59,661 bases of DNA from a virus. Taxonomy: Duplodnaviria; Caudoviricetes. Every line of letters begins with the position of its first letter. Position 1 is the stretch's first letter. This document shows, in pieces, positions 26,748-37,360 of the stretch. The position numbers and the translations under genes are program-made. The notes beneath the pieces were generated by a model that made no database searches, had not been told where the DNA came from, and worked only from the letters and a program-made list of their open reading frames with translations. Where the stretch lies: the IMG/VR virus record IMGVR_UViG_3300015264_000004, positions 1 through 59,661 of that record; one strand, given 5' to 3'.

Positions 26748-29700
26748 TTACGCCTGACTGAGCCTTGTATTGATTGCTCCCGGGTTCTGTTCAATAAAAT
26801 TAAGCATTGCTTGCTTGCCGTCGCCGCTGGTAAGATAATTCGCCAAAAGATCATTAGGCAATACGTTAATAATCTTGGTATGCGTGACTTGCCCGCGTGA
26901 CGAAATAGGCCCGCCTGATATGCCGCCGCCTACGTTAACATTTCGTGACGGCGCTATGTTTGCATTGATTGAATGTAGCAATGCCAAGTTTTGACTTGTA
27001 GCCTGAGCGTTGACAATGTATTCCCCGTCAGATATTGGAACAAGGTTATTATCTATGCCACCTTGACCGCGAAACAGGCCGCCTGTCGCAAAACCACCGC
27101 CGCCGGCCGTACCAAGTAAGCCCGACAGAAAACCGCCCACACCACCAGCCCCTGAGCTACCGCCAAAGGCTGCCATAGCTATTCTTGTCAGAATGATCTT
27201 TTCCAGAATGTCAGTGAATACTTTGAACACCCCGGCCCCGAAGTCGAGGAAAGCTTGCTTTGCTGTATGCGCCCCATCTGTCAATTCACTTAAAGCATTG
27301 CCGATGACACTAACAAACCCCTGATTAAACGCCTTGCCTACATTATCCGTCTGGTTACTCAACTCCGATAATGATTGACGGGCCTTGTCAACGTATTGTT
27401 GCAGGTCTGTATTGCCCGTCGCCTTCGCAATCGCTTCAAGCTGATTTAACAGAACGTTGACAGCCGCGCTGTACTCTTTGATATGCTGCATGCGTAACTC
27501 ATGCGCATCTTTGTCCGACAGGGTGCCCTTGGTTACCTGTTCGGTTATCTTGGCCTCGTCAGTCTCGCGCAACGCGCCCAATGCTTCGATTTGTTTTTGC
27601 AGCGTGGCTACATTGCGCGCTACGCCCTCGACTTTCCAATTAGCCAAGCCTATTCTAACTTTTTCAATTGCGGCGACTAACGCAGGATCACCAATTTGTT
27701 TTGCGACGGCCGACATTCGATCTAACAAGGTAAACGCGGCCGCATTGGCCGTAGCCTCAAAATCAGATAATTCCTTATCCGCCTGGGTCCGGCTTTTGAG
27801 TCCCTGTAGTACCTGCGTATTTAACCGCTCTGATACGGCGCTCCGTTCGTCCTCTATAATCTTTTCCTGTTTTTGCAGGTCATTGTATTGCGCTTGAAGT
27901 TTTAACAGGCTAATAAGATTCTGCGTTTTCTTCAGGTCTGTATCGTTGCCCGTCTCTTTGGCCCGCGCCTGGGCCTGTGTTAATTGATCCTTGAATTGAT
28001 CGTCAATCTTATTTTCAGCGGCCTGTAGTGTGTGACCCTGTAACGTTAAAATCTCTTCGTCAACTTGTCTTAACGTCTTTAGGTAGGCTTCGGCCGCTTT
28101 CTGTGATTCAAAAGAAGCGTTTTTAGAGATTTGCCCGCGCTGATTTTCCAATTGCGCTATCTTCGCATTGGTATTTACTATTTCACCCTGTACCCGCAAC
28201 CGCGCCGGTTCGCCTTTTGTGGAATCGAGGCGCTTTTGCTCAATTTCAAGTAACTTTCGTTGTTGAGTTAATTGGACATCAATATCCGCGAGTTGCAGCG
28301 CTTCAAGATCGTGATAATACTTGGTTGCGGTAACTTTATTAAGGTCATAATGCTGTTTAAGATCGTTCTCTTGATCCTTCAATGCATCACGCTGCGCCTG
28401 TGTCGAGGCTGCCAATTGAGCCTTTTCTAAATCCTCTTGCGCCTTGGCTAATTGGTCGGCTTGACTCTTTTTGTTAGGGGCCGGCGAACCGCCCTTAAAA
28501 GTTGACGAGGGTTTTGGTTTCCCTGTCGGATTCGTGGCCGGTGTGCTAAACAATGCAAACATGGCCTCAAAACCTGTAGGCGGCGTTTGGAGTGAAGCCA
28601 TAGCCCTGTTCCATTGATGCGCAAAATCATCTACCGCAACACCAGCCTGTTTAGCCGCGCTAGTTAATGAATCTATTGCACCTTTCAGGTCCCCAGTAAA
28701 GAATTTGGTAACTCCGATACCTAACTCGACAATACCCTTGCCGACATCATACACAGCCTTGTAGAAGCCTATAACAACCTCTATATAAGCCTCTGTCGCA
28801 ATGCCTAATAGCTGGATCACCCCGATTAGACCAAATATCAGAGCCAGGATGTATTTAATGACTTCGCCGATGTCGGCCCCGACGTTGCTAACCTGACCGG
28901 GTGTATTCTGAATTAGATTGCTTAAATTAACTCCTAACGTAGTCAAGACAGGTAAGAGTTGCGAACCGACTTCATTCCTAACGCCTACAAGCGCGCCTTC
29001 AAGATCATCCATACTAACCTTGAAGTCATGGGCGGCCTTCGCATCGTTGTCACTGATAACAGCGCCTAAAGCCTCTGCCTTTTGTTTGAATTCTTCAAAA
29101 TTACCGTTTGCCTCTTGGATAATCGGTATCAGGTCAGCGCCGCTACGGCCTGCCAGTTTCATGGCCGCATCTACCTGTTGCGCTCCCGGCGGTAACTTAC
29201 TAATCGTCGTAAATAGCTGTTGCAACGCATTGTCGCTACTAGCCGCCGCTGACCTCGTATCAATGCCAAGTTGACCGAATGAATACGCAAGAGCCTTGTT
29301 ACCGGCTGCGGCCTCATTAGCATTTTTGATATATCTATCGAAAGCGGGTAAAGACTTGTCAATTGTTGACCCGGCCTCTTTGGCAGCGAAAGCCAAAGTA
29401 GAAACATTACTAGCCGATAATCCTGACTTTTGAGATAGTTCATAGATTTTATCCCCGGCACCCTCAAAAGATTTAGCCACGGCCACGCCAATACCGACAA
29501 TCAAACCTAAAACAACCAAAAGGCCGCCAGCCGCTACCGTCGCAGCCGTCATAGCTGTACCCGCAAGGGTTACCCCTGCGGCTTCTTCGGCTTCTGCGGC
29601 TGCGACTTCGCCTGACGTAACCGCTACCCTGCCCTGAGCTATTGCAAGAGCGTTTTCCGCGTCTACCAATGCTAAAGTCTGTTCTTCAAGGAAAAGCCTA

Positions 29701-30623
29701 GCCGCAGCTAATTCAAGCTCTAAAACACTGACCTCTTCAAGTGTAACGCCTTCTATTGCGTATTGAGCCTCTAAATCAGCCTCAATTGCTACGACTTCGG
29801 CGCTTGAAGCCTTTGTACTTGCCCGCGCCTCTGCCAAGGCTAATTCAGCCGCCGCTAATTCGGCTGTGGCAGCCGCCGCTGCCTGTTCCTGTACAACCAT
29901 TGCCTCTAACGTAGGTAAGACGCTTGCGGTACTAGCCCCAAACAAATTCGATACTGCTATAGCTCTTTCTTCGGCATCCGGGATATTGGCAAGCTCCCGC
30001 ACAAATTGACGCAACGCGACTTCAGGCGCAGCCAAGGCCGCTGACGCTTCAATACCAAAAGCCTTAATTAGTTGAGTGTTTACTAGGCCCTCTTGTGCCT
30101 TGGCGGCCTGCCCTAACACAGACGAAAAACGCTTGACAACCTGTTCGGCTCTCGCGCTTTCCACAGCGATAGCGGCGATTCCTGCGGCCGGCCCGCTGCC
30201 ACTTGACACGCCGAAAGACTCCCGGAAACCATAGCTCAGGGTCCGCAGAGCGCCGAAAAGGTTACCTGACAAGGCCTGTTGTATGGCAAGCCCGAATGAT
30301 CCGACATTACGCGCCAGGACCGAAAAATCCGCGCTGGCATCCTTGACATTGCCACGTACCTTAACCATTCCAGCGCTGGCCTGTGTCGAGGCTGTGCTAA
30401 TACCTGTCAATGAAGTTTGCGCAGTGGTTCCTAGCGATTGTATTTCGCTTTTAACGTTGCGTATCTCTACGCCTGCGGCTTTGAATGTATTCGTGAGTTG
30501 TGTAACCGAACCGCCAATAGTCGATAGTTTCTGTATTTCGGTGGACAGGGCCTTAACTTCGGCAAGGCCCTGTACTATCGCTTTGATGTCTATTCTTACA
30601 CTGTCACCGCTATCGTTTCCCAT
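26748..30623 (-). CDS. tape measure protein
   Basis: 1291 aa Ala-rich helical protein with C-terminal FATGG...ISDGEYIVNA, after the chaperone genes. Confidence 0.92.
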   Translation of the reverse strand: MGNDSGDSVRIDIKAIVQGLAEVKALSTEIQKLSTIGGSVTQLTNTFKAAGVEIRNVKSEIQSLGTTAQTSLTGISTASTQASAGMVKVRGNVKDASADFSVLARNVGSFGLAIQQALSGNLFGALRTLSYGFRESFGVSSGSGPAAGIAAIAVESARAEQVVKRFSSVLGQAAKAQEGLVNTQLIKAFGIEASAALAAPEVALRQFVRELANIPDAEERAIAVSNLFGASTASVLPTLEAMVVQEQAAAAATAELAAAELALAEARASTKASSAEVVAIEADLEAQYAIEGVTLEEVSVLELELAAARLFLEEQTLALVDAENALAIAQGRVAVTSGEVAAAEAEEAAGVTLAGTAMTAATVAAGGLLVVLGLIVGIGVAVAKSFEGAGDKIYELSQKSGLSASNVSTLAFAAKEAGSTIDKSLPAFDRYIKNANEAAAGNKALAYSFGQLGIDTRSAAASSDNALQQLFTTISKLPPGAQQVDAAMKLAGRSGADLIPIIQEANGNFEEFKQKAEALGAVISDNDAKAAHDFKVSMDDLEGALVGVRNEVGSQLLPVLTTLGVNLSNLIQNTPGQVSNVGADIGEVIKYILALIFGLIGVIQLLGIATEAYIEVVIGFYKAVYDVGKGIVELGIGVTKFFTGDLKGAIDSLTSAAKQAGVAVDDFAHQWNRAMASLQTPPTGFEAMFALFSTPATNPTGKPKPSSTFKGGSPAPNKKSQADQLAKAQEDLEKAQLAASTQAQRDALKDQENDLKQHYDLNKVTATKYYHDLEALQLADIDVQLTQQRKLLEIEQKRLDSTKGEPARLRVQGEIVNTNAKIAQLENQRGQISKNASFESQKAAEAYLKTLRQVDEEILTLQGHTLQAAENKIDDQFKDQLTQAQARAKETGNDTDLKKTQNLISLLKLQAQYNDLQKQEKIIEDERSAVSERLNTQVLQGLKSRTQADKELSDFEATANAAAFTLLDRMSAVAKQIGDPALVAAIEKVRIGLANWKVEGVARNVATLQKQIEALGALRETDEAKITEQVTKGTLSDKDAHELRMQHIKEYSAAVNVLLNQLEAIAKATGNTDLQQYVDKARQSLSELSNQTDNVGKAFNQGFVSVIGNALSELTDGAHTAKQAFLDFGAGVFKVFTDILEKIILTRIAMAAFGGSSGAGGVGGFLSGLLGTAGGGGFATGGLFRGQGGIDNNLVPISDGEYIVNAQATSQNLALLHSINANIAPSRNVNVGGGISGGPISSRGQVTHTKIINVLPNDLLANYLTSGDGKQAMLNFIEQNPGAINTRLSQA

Positions 30624-31074
30624 GTAGTTTTTTCGCTAACTCAGGATTGTTTTGCAGTTCTCTCGCGGCCCACTCTTTCATTTCGTTTTCATTAGCATTT
30701 TCAACTATCGGAGTCGCTAAAAAGCCACCGCCAAGTAACCGCTCTAATTCCTGGGTACTCAACATTGGTTTGTGTTCACCTAATAGGATGCTGGCTATTT
30801 CCCGTCTGTCTTTCGCTGTCCCGCCGAAGGCCACGGCGGTTACGTTCATTAATAATACCATGTTTTCCGCGCTTACATATTCGGCCGCTCTGGTAAAGGC
30901 GTCAATCTGTAAATATGTCATCCGCAGTATGTCAGCATAAGCATGGCCGACTTGTAACAGGGTATTGACCTGTTTGGCGTAATAATTTAGTTGACCGGCG
31001 CTGACATTTGTCTTGCCTGACTCATTACTTGCCCTAGCTCTTTTGATCCGGTCACGATTTTTGGTAATAGCCAT
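30610..31074 (-). CDS. tail assembly chaperone, downstream (-1 frame) part
   Basis: Overlaps 30987..31553 in the -1 frame and has no clear RBS. Confidence 0.6.
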   Translation of the reverse strand: MAITKNRDRIKRARASNESGKTNVSAGQLNYYAKQVNTLLQVGHAYADILRMTYLQIDAFTRAAEYVSAENMVLLMNVTAVAFGGTAKDRREIASILLGEHKPMLSTQELERLLGGGFLATPIVENANENEMKEWAARELQNNPELAKKLHGKR

Positions 31075-31553
31075 TGGACAAAAAAATTGACGTTAACCTC
31101 GATTACCGCCATAATTATGTCTATAGCCTCTTCGTACACGTGACTAAAGTATGTCACAGGTTTATCAATGGCGAACGCTAAAAATTCATAGATCATCTTG
31201 CCCGAATCACCGATTAGCGCTGCCATAATCTGACCCTTGTCAATATCAATAAAACTAGAATCGCCGCCGGCCTCTGTGATCTTTGCGGCTTTTTCTTCCC
31301 ATTGCTCAGGCGACATATTAAGATCAAAGCCAAGCAACGGAGCAAGACGAACAATGTAAATAAAGCCTTCGCGCCATTTCAGAAACGGCATGGCCTCTAT
31401 GGTTAATACTTCGTATGGCTTATATTCCGTACCGATAAGCTTTTCAGCTACTTCGCGGGGCTGCCTTACTTTCACTTGCTTGCGCATCGGGAATAGCGCG
31501 TCAAGGTCTGAAACATTGTTAAATTTGCCGGTGTCTATGCTGGTGTCTGTCAA
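30987..31553 (-). CDS. tail assembly chaperone
   Basis: TTG start after GAAAGGA, ...IEVNVNFF motif, between tube and tape measure genes. Confidence 0.7.
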   Translation of the reverse strand: MTDTSIDTGKFNNVSDLDALFPMRKQVKVRQPREVAEKLIGTEYKPYEVLTIEAMPFLKWREGFIYIVRLAPLLGFDLNMSPEQWEEKAAKITEAGGDSSFIDIDKGQIMAALIGDSGKMIYEFLAFAIDKPVTYFSHVYEEAIDIIMAVIEVNVNFFVQWLLPKIVTGSKELGQVMSQARQMSAPVN

Positions 31554-31586
31554 TTTGAATGTCCTTTCGTGTCCAAAAATACTAAC

Positions 31587-31631
31587 AAAAAAGCGCCTTG
31601 CCCACTTTCCACTTACCGCAGGCAAGACGCT
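31587..31631 (-). terminator. terminator/attenuator after the major tail gene
   Basis: AGCGTCTTGCC...GGCAAGGCGCT followed by TTTTT. Confidence 0.7.
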
Positions 31632-31653
31632 GTTAGTTGTTGTTGCGCTGCGG

Positions 31654-32442
31654 TTAGTTGTCGATATAGATCAATTGGCCGATTGCGCCGCCTGCGGCTG
31701 TGAAACTCTTAAACGGGTCCACCAGCGCAGAGCCTTTAAGCTGGCCGTCAGCGACCGTATCACCGATAAGAGCCAGGGCCGCAGCCGGATCAAATGTAAC
31801 ATTGTACAAGTCGAGTACAAAGCGCTTGTATGATCCATCGGTATTGATTGCTGCGGTATTGACTGCCAGGAACCGTAACCATCGTTGCGGCGGCGGCGTA
31901 GTCAGGATGTCAACCGACTTCTGCCCGGTAGTCTTTGTGTACGCGGCTTTGATCGGGCCAGTAAACGCAGACCAATTATTTACCAGCGTAATCAAACCGT
32001 ACCGCAGGTTAACGGTGTAATCCGTGCCAAGCGCTAACGTAACCGGGCTGCCCGCGCTGTCGGTTAATATTAAACTGGTGATGTCAACATTTTTCAATCC
32101 ATAGCTCTGCCCGATTGCAAAACCCGTTGTTATACCGCCCCCAATCTGTTCACTTGAGACGCTACCCGCGCCAAGTGAATTAACATTGCCATGCATTAGG
32201 AGCGCGTAGTTTGTCGCTAAAAACTCCTGTACATTCATTGTCAGTTCGGCCTTTTTCTCAGTGACAAGGCGCAAATCAACAACACGAAAACCGCTTGTAC
32301 TTTCCTTGTGTTCGACCGTTGTTACTGCTAACTGTAACTCAAATTGAGGTACATTGCCAAGCGCTTTGAAATCGAGGAAATTACCCGCCGCGTCTCTCTG
32401 CGCTTGGTAAACCAGACCCTGCCCGGATAAGTAAGTTGACAT
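31654..32442 (-). CDS. major tail tube protein
   Basis: Y.SGQG.VY...LGNV..F.L.....EHKES.SG motif of siphovirus tubes. Confidence 0.85.
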   Translation of the reverse strand: MSTYLSGQGLVYQAQRDAAGNFLDFKALGNVPQFELQLAVTTVEHKESTSGFRVVDLRLVTEKKAELTMNVQEFLATNYALLMHGNVNSLGAGSVSSEQIGGGITTGFAIGQSYGLKNVDITSLILTDSAGSPVTLALGTDYTVNLRYGLITLVNNWSAFTGPIKAAYTKTTGQKSVDILTTPPPQRWLRFLAVNTAAINTDGSYKRFVLDLYNVTFDPAAALALIGDTVADGQLKGSALVDPFKSFTAAGGAIGQLIYIDN

Positions 32443-32487
32443 AGTTTATTCCTTTCGTCAGTGAATTGCTGTTACCAGCGCAAACAA

Positions 32488-32805
32488 TTACTTGCCAATA
32501 TCATCTTTGTTGCCAGCAACGCCAATTTTATTGTCAAGCGCCCATCTGTATTCGGCAGGATCAAGCGCGATTGTCTGACCGGCCTCATAATCGACACTTG
32601 CATGCGTGTGATCCTGGGATAACTTCAAGGGTAACCCCGCGCTCTGCGCGCTCTGACCCTGCGCAGCGTTGTGTTGCTGTGCCACATCGGGAACGCCCAA
32701 ACTCGTAGCCGGTACACTCTTTGGTTGCTCTACCAGCGGTTCGGCTGCGGCCGCTGTCTTATTAGAATCCTGTACTTGGTCGTTTGTCTTGCTATCGGTT
32801 GTCAT
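32488..32805 (-). CDS. small virion-associated protein
   Basis: HTHA..DY.AG..I.L...W motif typical upstream of such tube genes. Confidence 0.55.
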   Translation of the reverse strand: MTTDSKTNDQVQDSNKTAAAAEPLVEQPKSVPATSLGVPDVAQQHNAAQGQSAQSAGLPLKLSQDHTHASVDYEAGQTIALDPAEYRWALDNKIGVAGNKDDIGK

Positions 32806-32819
32806 CGTAATAATTCCTT

Positions 32820-33416
32820 TCACGCCTTGGCGACATAATCAAAATTGAAAGGCAATGTAGCCGCTGCAACGTGTAACTGTCCCGCGTCACCCATTGGCAC
32901 GGTTACGATTGCCTGAAACTTAACAGTCTCATGTCGAAAGTTTGACCAATCCAAATTAAGACGCGGGGATGCCGCAATTGCCCGTTTTACCGCGTCACGT
33001 TCGGCGCGGTTGTCTAATTCGCTGTTGTCCGCGTCTGTCCCGTTTTCTAGTTGCTGTATTTGGTAGACCTTAACAATACCCTCGACATGTATCTTATAAT
33101 CTGTATTTGGGGCTGGATCACTACTCGATAAGCCGGGCAGCCCCATCATTTGTCTTGTCCAATCCTGCGGTACCTGTTTTTCGCCGTCTTTCGACCTGAC
33201 ATAGCTTTCAATCCAGCTTTGCATGGTCAACACCCAGGCATGCACCTTTTTATTGTCATTGGGAGCCTGCATCATATCTACAGCCTCACTTGGCTTAAAG
33301 CCAAGTATCCAGCGCGGTATGATCTTGGCTTTAATCGGGCCGCCGCTGACCTGTGTAGCCTGTATGACAGCCGCGCAAGCTGAAATTACGTCTGTCTCTG
33401 TAGGTACATTAATCAT
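32820..33416 (-). CDS. putative tail terminator
   Basis: Size and position in the neck cluster. Confidence 0.5.
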   Translation of the reverse strand: MINVPTETDVISACAAVIQATQVSGGPIKAKIIPRWILGFKPSEAVDMMQAPNDNKKVHAWVLTMQSWIESYVRSKDGEKQVPQDWTRQMMGLPGLSSSDPAPNTDYKIHVEGIVKVYQIQQLENGTDADNSELDNRAERDAVKRAIAASPRLNLDWSNFRHETVKFQAIVTVPMGDAGQLHVAAATLPFNFDYVAKA

Positions 33417-34057
33417 TAGAGGCCCGTAGTCCTAATCAGTACCTGTTCAAAGGTTTCATGTATAAACGGTCTGGTTTCAGCCAGGCCTTTTTCAAATGCA
33501 TGTTTTCCCTCGATACCACGTCTGACAATCTCTTTTCCAATAGCAAAAGCCAAACTTTTAAGCGCAAACTCTTCAGTCGGTACAATACCTTTATTTTTTG
33601 CCCATGCCACTAAAACGTCAATCGGCACCCATCCGCGATTAGGCGCATTGTGGACAAACCTGACAGTCTGCGTTCGATTCCAATTGACAGCAAAAGCGAA
33701 AGAACGCAACGTCTTTTCAGGGTCCGGCCTGATACCGTGCCTTTTGATCCAATTAATAATCTTGTCACTGGGCGGCATCTTACCGCCCGGCGGCCGGCCG
33801 TGTTCGTACCAATACATATTAGGCCATGTGCTAAAAACGCTGCCTGTCACTTCATTGAAGATTGAACCATAGCCACTTTGATTGACAACCCCGACAACAG
33901 TTTGCGCAAGGTCACCGTCAGGTATATTAGCCTGTACATTCCTTACCAGAGCATCAATGACTGTTTGCATATCTCGCGCAATGTTATCCGTAACAATGTT
34001 TGTCAGGTTAAAAACATTACGAGTATCAAACGTTACGTTGTATTCAAAACTAATCAT
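33416..34057 (-). CDS. tail completion / neck protein (HK97 gp10-like)
   Basis: EHGRPPG.KMPP...I..W and AFAI...I..RG motifs. Confidence 0.7.
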   Translation of the reverse strand: MISFEYNVTFDTRNVFNLTNIVTDNIARDMQTVIDALVRNVQANIPDGDLAQTVVGVVNQSGYGSIFNEVTGSVFSTWPNMYWYEHGRPPGGKMPPSDKIINWIKRHGIRPDPEKTLRSFAFAVNWNRTQTVRFVHNAPNRGWVPIDVLVAWAKNKGIVPTEEFALKSLAFAIGKEIVRRGIEGKHAFEKGLAETRPFIHETFEQVLIRTTGL

Positions 34058-34434
34058 AGCGTAATCGGAATGTCTCGACTGTATTCAATCTCAAAAATCC
34101 ATTGGTTAGGCGTTGACCCGTCAAAAGGGGTGTTGCCTATCTTCTTATACAAAATATTCGCAATCTGAAGCGCAACCGCATCACGGCAGATTTCCACAGT
34201 GACCGGTGGAAGAATCAGCACGTCTATGAACCGTGTCAGGCTGCCCGCCGTAGGATCAACAGGCTTGCGACCGCGCCAGCCGTTAACCAGGCCGCCAGAA
34301 ACCAAGCTGACATAGCCGCCGTCATTGCCAAGCCCTAACAATCCTAATTTCGCGTTGCCAAAGAGGGCCTTGCGTTCAAGTCGGTATTGTATTGCAAAGA
34401 GCCGTGTCGTCTTGACTAAATAGCCGGTGCCCAT
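34054..34434 (-). CDS. putative head closure protein
   Basis: Position and size. Confidence 0.45.
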   Translation of the reverse strand: MGTGYLVKTTRLFAIQYRLERKALFGNAKLGLLGLGNDGGYVSLVSGGLVNGWRGRKPVDPTAGSLTRFIDVLILPPVTVEICRDAVALQIANILYKKIGNTPFDGSTPNQWIFEIEYSRDIPITL

Positions 34435-34436
34435 TG

Positions 34437-34901
34437 TCAGTACCTTGTAATCGGAGCCAAAAACGGCTGATTATAAAAAATGCAGGTAGATAAGTGTACC
34501 CCGTAACAGCCACACGCGGCCATGCGTATCGCGGTTGCCATATCGCTTGGTTTTGTGCCCATGATCGTCAGCGGAACAGGCTCAAACATGGTAAACAAAG
34601 CGAATTCCATTTCATTCTTAAAGTTGTCTGGCATGTTCCAATTGACAGAACTATTAATAGCTGCCACGTCGGAACCGATTTCATCAAGATTAGTCAGAAC
34701 GGCTTTTAGGACCGCAGCGTTAATACCTACCTGGGCCGCAATCTTCGTCTGCAAATTCGGGTAGCCGCCGCTGCGGCCTGTGTCATATAGATACTTCTTC
34801 AAATTCACAAACAAAATTGCTTGATCGTTTGTGCTCAGGCTGCCCGTGGTAGGCGGTACAAGCCCTGCGGCGGCATCCGTAATTTGCTGTGGCGTCGGCA
34901 T
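34437..34901 (-). CDS. putative head-tail adaptor
   Basis: Position after the capsid genes. Confidence 0.45.
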   Translation of the reverse strand: MPTPQQITDAAAGLVPPTTGSLSTNDQAILFVNLKKYLYDTGRSGGYPNLQTKIAAQVGINAAVLKAVLTNLDEIGSDVAAINSSVNWNMPDNFKNEMEFALFTMFEPVPLTIMGTKPSDMATAIRMAACGCYGVHLSTCIFYNQPFLAPITRY

Positions 34902-34906
34902 TGTCT

Positions 34907-35392
34907 TTACGCTTTCAATCCAGCCAGGGAGTCGAGTAATTCATCCTTACTCATGCTACTGTAACCGACGATTTTGTTTTCCTGCGCTGCGATAATCAAG
35001 TCAGCTTTAGTAAATTCTGACATTTCAGCGCGTGACATCCTTTGAGGGTCAACTTTTCCGGTTTTATCATCCCGGCCGACAGGATTTGAGGCAAAATCCT
35101 CTAATTCCGGTTCATCCTCACGAAGTGTATCTTGTACGCCGTGGTTTCCCTTATCGTACTCTGTTACTTCGGCCGGCGTGGCTTCACGTATCGCGCCAAG
35201 CCTTGCCAGCCTGTCAAGGTTAATATTTTCCGGGAGCCTGTCGAGGGTGATTATATTCAAATGTTCAACGCCGCCCGGTATGTGATCCTGCATTAATTCA
35301 TCTTCGGTAGGAGTAAACCCGCCGATGTGATGCATGACTCTATACCGCGTTGTAGAGTTTCGGTCAAGTTTTACTGTCTGTTTAACTGCCAT
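34907..35392 (-). CDS. Rho-N/HeH domain protein
   Basis: TKADL...A....I.GYSSMSKDEL. Confidence 0.75.
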   Translation of the reverse strand: MAVKQTVKLDRNSTTRYRVMHHIGGFTPTEDELMQDHIPGGVEHLNIITLDRLPENINLDRLARLGAIREATPAEVTEYDKGNHGVQDTLREDEPELEDFASNPVGRDDKTGKVDPQRMSRAEMSEFTKADLIIAAQENKIVGYSSMSKDELLDSLAGLKA

Positions 35393-35483
35393 TCTATTTA
35401 TCCTTTCAATCTGTCAAATTATTTTAACGGAGCCGCCCGACACCAGCGCTAAACGGCCCCGCCTAATGACGTGCCTGTCCCTT

Positions 35484-36506
35484 CTACACGTTCATTAAGA
35501 CCATGGCCGACGGGTAGAACAAGACCGGCCCGCCGTTGTGGCCGTCATGGACTTCGATTTCACGCGGTACCCGTTTGTCGCCGTGATCTACTATCTTTTG
35601 ATATGCTCCCGGTGCGAATCCAGGGTTATTGACATTGCGGGTCATTAAGTATTCGCCAATCTGGCCGCCGTCAGTACGTATACCAGTGACGAGGACTTTG
35701 CCAGTCGCAATGAACAATTGAAAAGTATGCGAATCGTCAAGATAGCCTTCGTCATAAACGACTATCTGCGGCAAGCCTTCATTCAGCAAGATTGTGTTAA
35801 TTTCACTGATAGACAGCGGCGACAGCAAGCCGGTAACGCGGCGGCCTGCGATGTCGTTAGCGTTCGTGTTACTCAACATCCGATTAAGAGTAACCCTCGA
35901 CATGATAGCTTTGGAATTCGCGCCAAAGCTAACACCCTTGCCACGGCCTAATAATTGGATGTCACGAAAATTTGACAGCGGTACGGCTGTCGCAAACGTT
36001 GACCATGCGATAGCGGCCGTGTATGTCTGCAATGAATATGTATCGGTATGTAATACCGCGCCGTTAACACTCGATACCGCGAATGTTCCCGTAGTCAAGA
36101 GTATCCAGCCAAGATACTCGATTCGATCATAGCGACGGGCTAAAAGACGGTCCTGCCGTCTCATAACCAAATCGGAAATGTCAATACTCGCATCGGTCAG
36201 GTCACCCCACTTGCGGCGTACCGTCATTTCCTTTTCGTCAACTACCATGTGTTCGCCGTACACGCCCGGTTCCATTACGAACCGTTTCCCGCCTACGTGT
36301 TGCACGCGTGGCGGCTGGCCATTCAGGCCGCGAACCTGTTGTAGGCCGGTGTAATCGTCCTCTTGCTCCCATTCCAAATTATGAGAGTCTATAGTCGCAA
36401 TCGGCAAGATCGTAAAGATATAGCGGCGCGCTTCCAGATTTGGCGCTTTGACAGCCGCTATTACCCTTAACGTCCGATTTGTCGGGTATACCAGAGACAT
36501 TGCCAT
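35484..36506 (-). CDS. major capsid protein (capsid E-like, HK97 fold)
   Basis: 340 aa after protease and decoration genes, RBS GAAAGG, motifs RIEY..W..L..G and VVYDEGY. Confidence 0.88.
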   Translation of the reverse strand: MAMSLVYPTNRTLRVIAAVKAPNLEARRYIFTILPIATIDSHNLEWEQEDDYTGLQQVRGLNGQPPRVQHVGGKRFVMEPGVYGEHMVVDEKEMTVRRKWGDLTDASIDISDLVMRRQDRLLARRYDRIEYLGWILLTTGTFAVSSVNGAVLHTDTYSLQTYTAAIAWSTFATAVPLSNFRDIQLLGRGKGVSFGANSKAIMSRVTLNRMLSNTNANDIAGRRVTGLLSPLSISEINTILLNEGLPQIVVYDEGYLDDSHTFQLFIATGKVLVTGIRTDGGQIGEYLMTRNVNNPGFAPGAYQKIVDHGDKRVPREIEVHDGHNGGPVLFYPSAMVLMNV

Positions 36507-36550
36507 AGTGTTTTACCTTTCGTTAAGAAGTTTCTGCGATTGTCACCGCA

Positions 36551-37312
36551 TTAAGTTAAATGCAGGATTCCGTTATCCGGGGTCCCGCTTTCCAGCCTGC
36601 CAAGAGCCGCAATGATAGCTGTGTCACCTAACACCAGCGCAGGCGCAGTATCGCTCCCGCCTGTCAAGGGTGTTGCCGCCATTGCAATAACAACACCAGC
36701 GCCGGTATCCGCGCCAGCGTTCGCCACGGTCACCAGCGCCGCCGCCTGTGGATTGGCTGCGATAGCCGCCGCGATTTGTGCGGACGTAGAAGTAATGACG
36801 CTACTGCCATCGGTTGCCAAATTGACAGTAATCGCCTGACCTGTCACGCTGATAGACAACGGAGCATTGGCCGCCGCAGGATCAACGTAACGAATCGTTG
36901 TCGAGTTGCCAGCAACGCCGCTTGACACTGACGAATACTTCAAATCATTATTCGCGCCTGCCAGGGCTGTTGTCAGCGTGGCTACGGGGATAATTCCCTT
37001 CAAATCGGTTGTCAGGAACTTGCCTTGCGTATAAGCGCTGGTGTAGAATTCGCCTACGCCAATTTCATTGGCAATCTGGCTGCCTAAAAAGATATTGCCG
37101 GTCAGGTCAACGGCGCAATCATATTCAAGCAACATTTTTGCATTGGCAGCGACAGCCAGGGACCGAAACGTACCCTTTACGGCCGTTTCTTCTAAAATCT
37201 GCCCGGACTTGTAGATACCCTGTACCAGCTTAATCGCTGACTGTTGACTACCGCCGGGTGTCGGATATATCGGGGTCAGCTTTGTCCCGGTATATGTGAT
37301 GCTCTGTAACAT
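36551..37312 (-). CDS. head decoration protein with inserted beta-rich domain
   Basis: L..G.Y..G.ILE and AY..G.F...DL flanks, position before the major capsid gene. Confidence 0.7.
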   Translation of the reverse strand: MLQSITYTGTKLTPIYPTPGGSQQSAIKLVQGIYKSGQILEETAVKGTFRSLAVAANAKMLLEYDCAVDLTGNIFLGSQIANEIGVGEFYTSAYTQGKFLTTDLKGIIPVATLTTALAGANNDLKYSSVSSGVAGNSTTIRYVDPAAANAPLSISVTGQAITVNLATDGSSVITSTSAQIAAAIAANPQAAALVTVANAGADTGAGVVIAMAATPLTGGSDTAPALVLGDTAIIAALGRLESGTPDNGILHLT

Positions 37313-37360
37313 AGATTTTTCCTTTCAGTCGAGAGTCAGCGCATAAATCAAGCTATGCGG

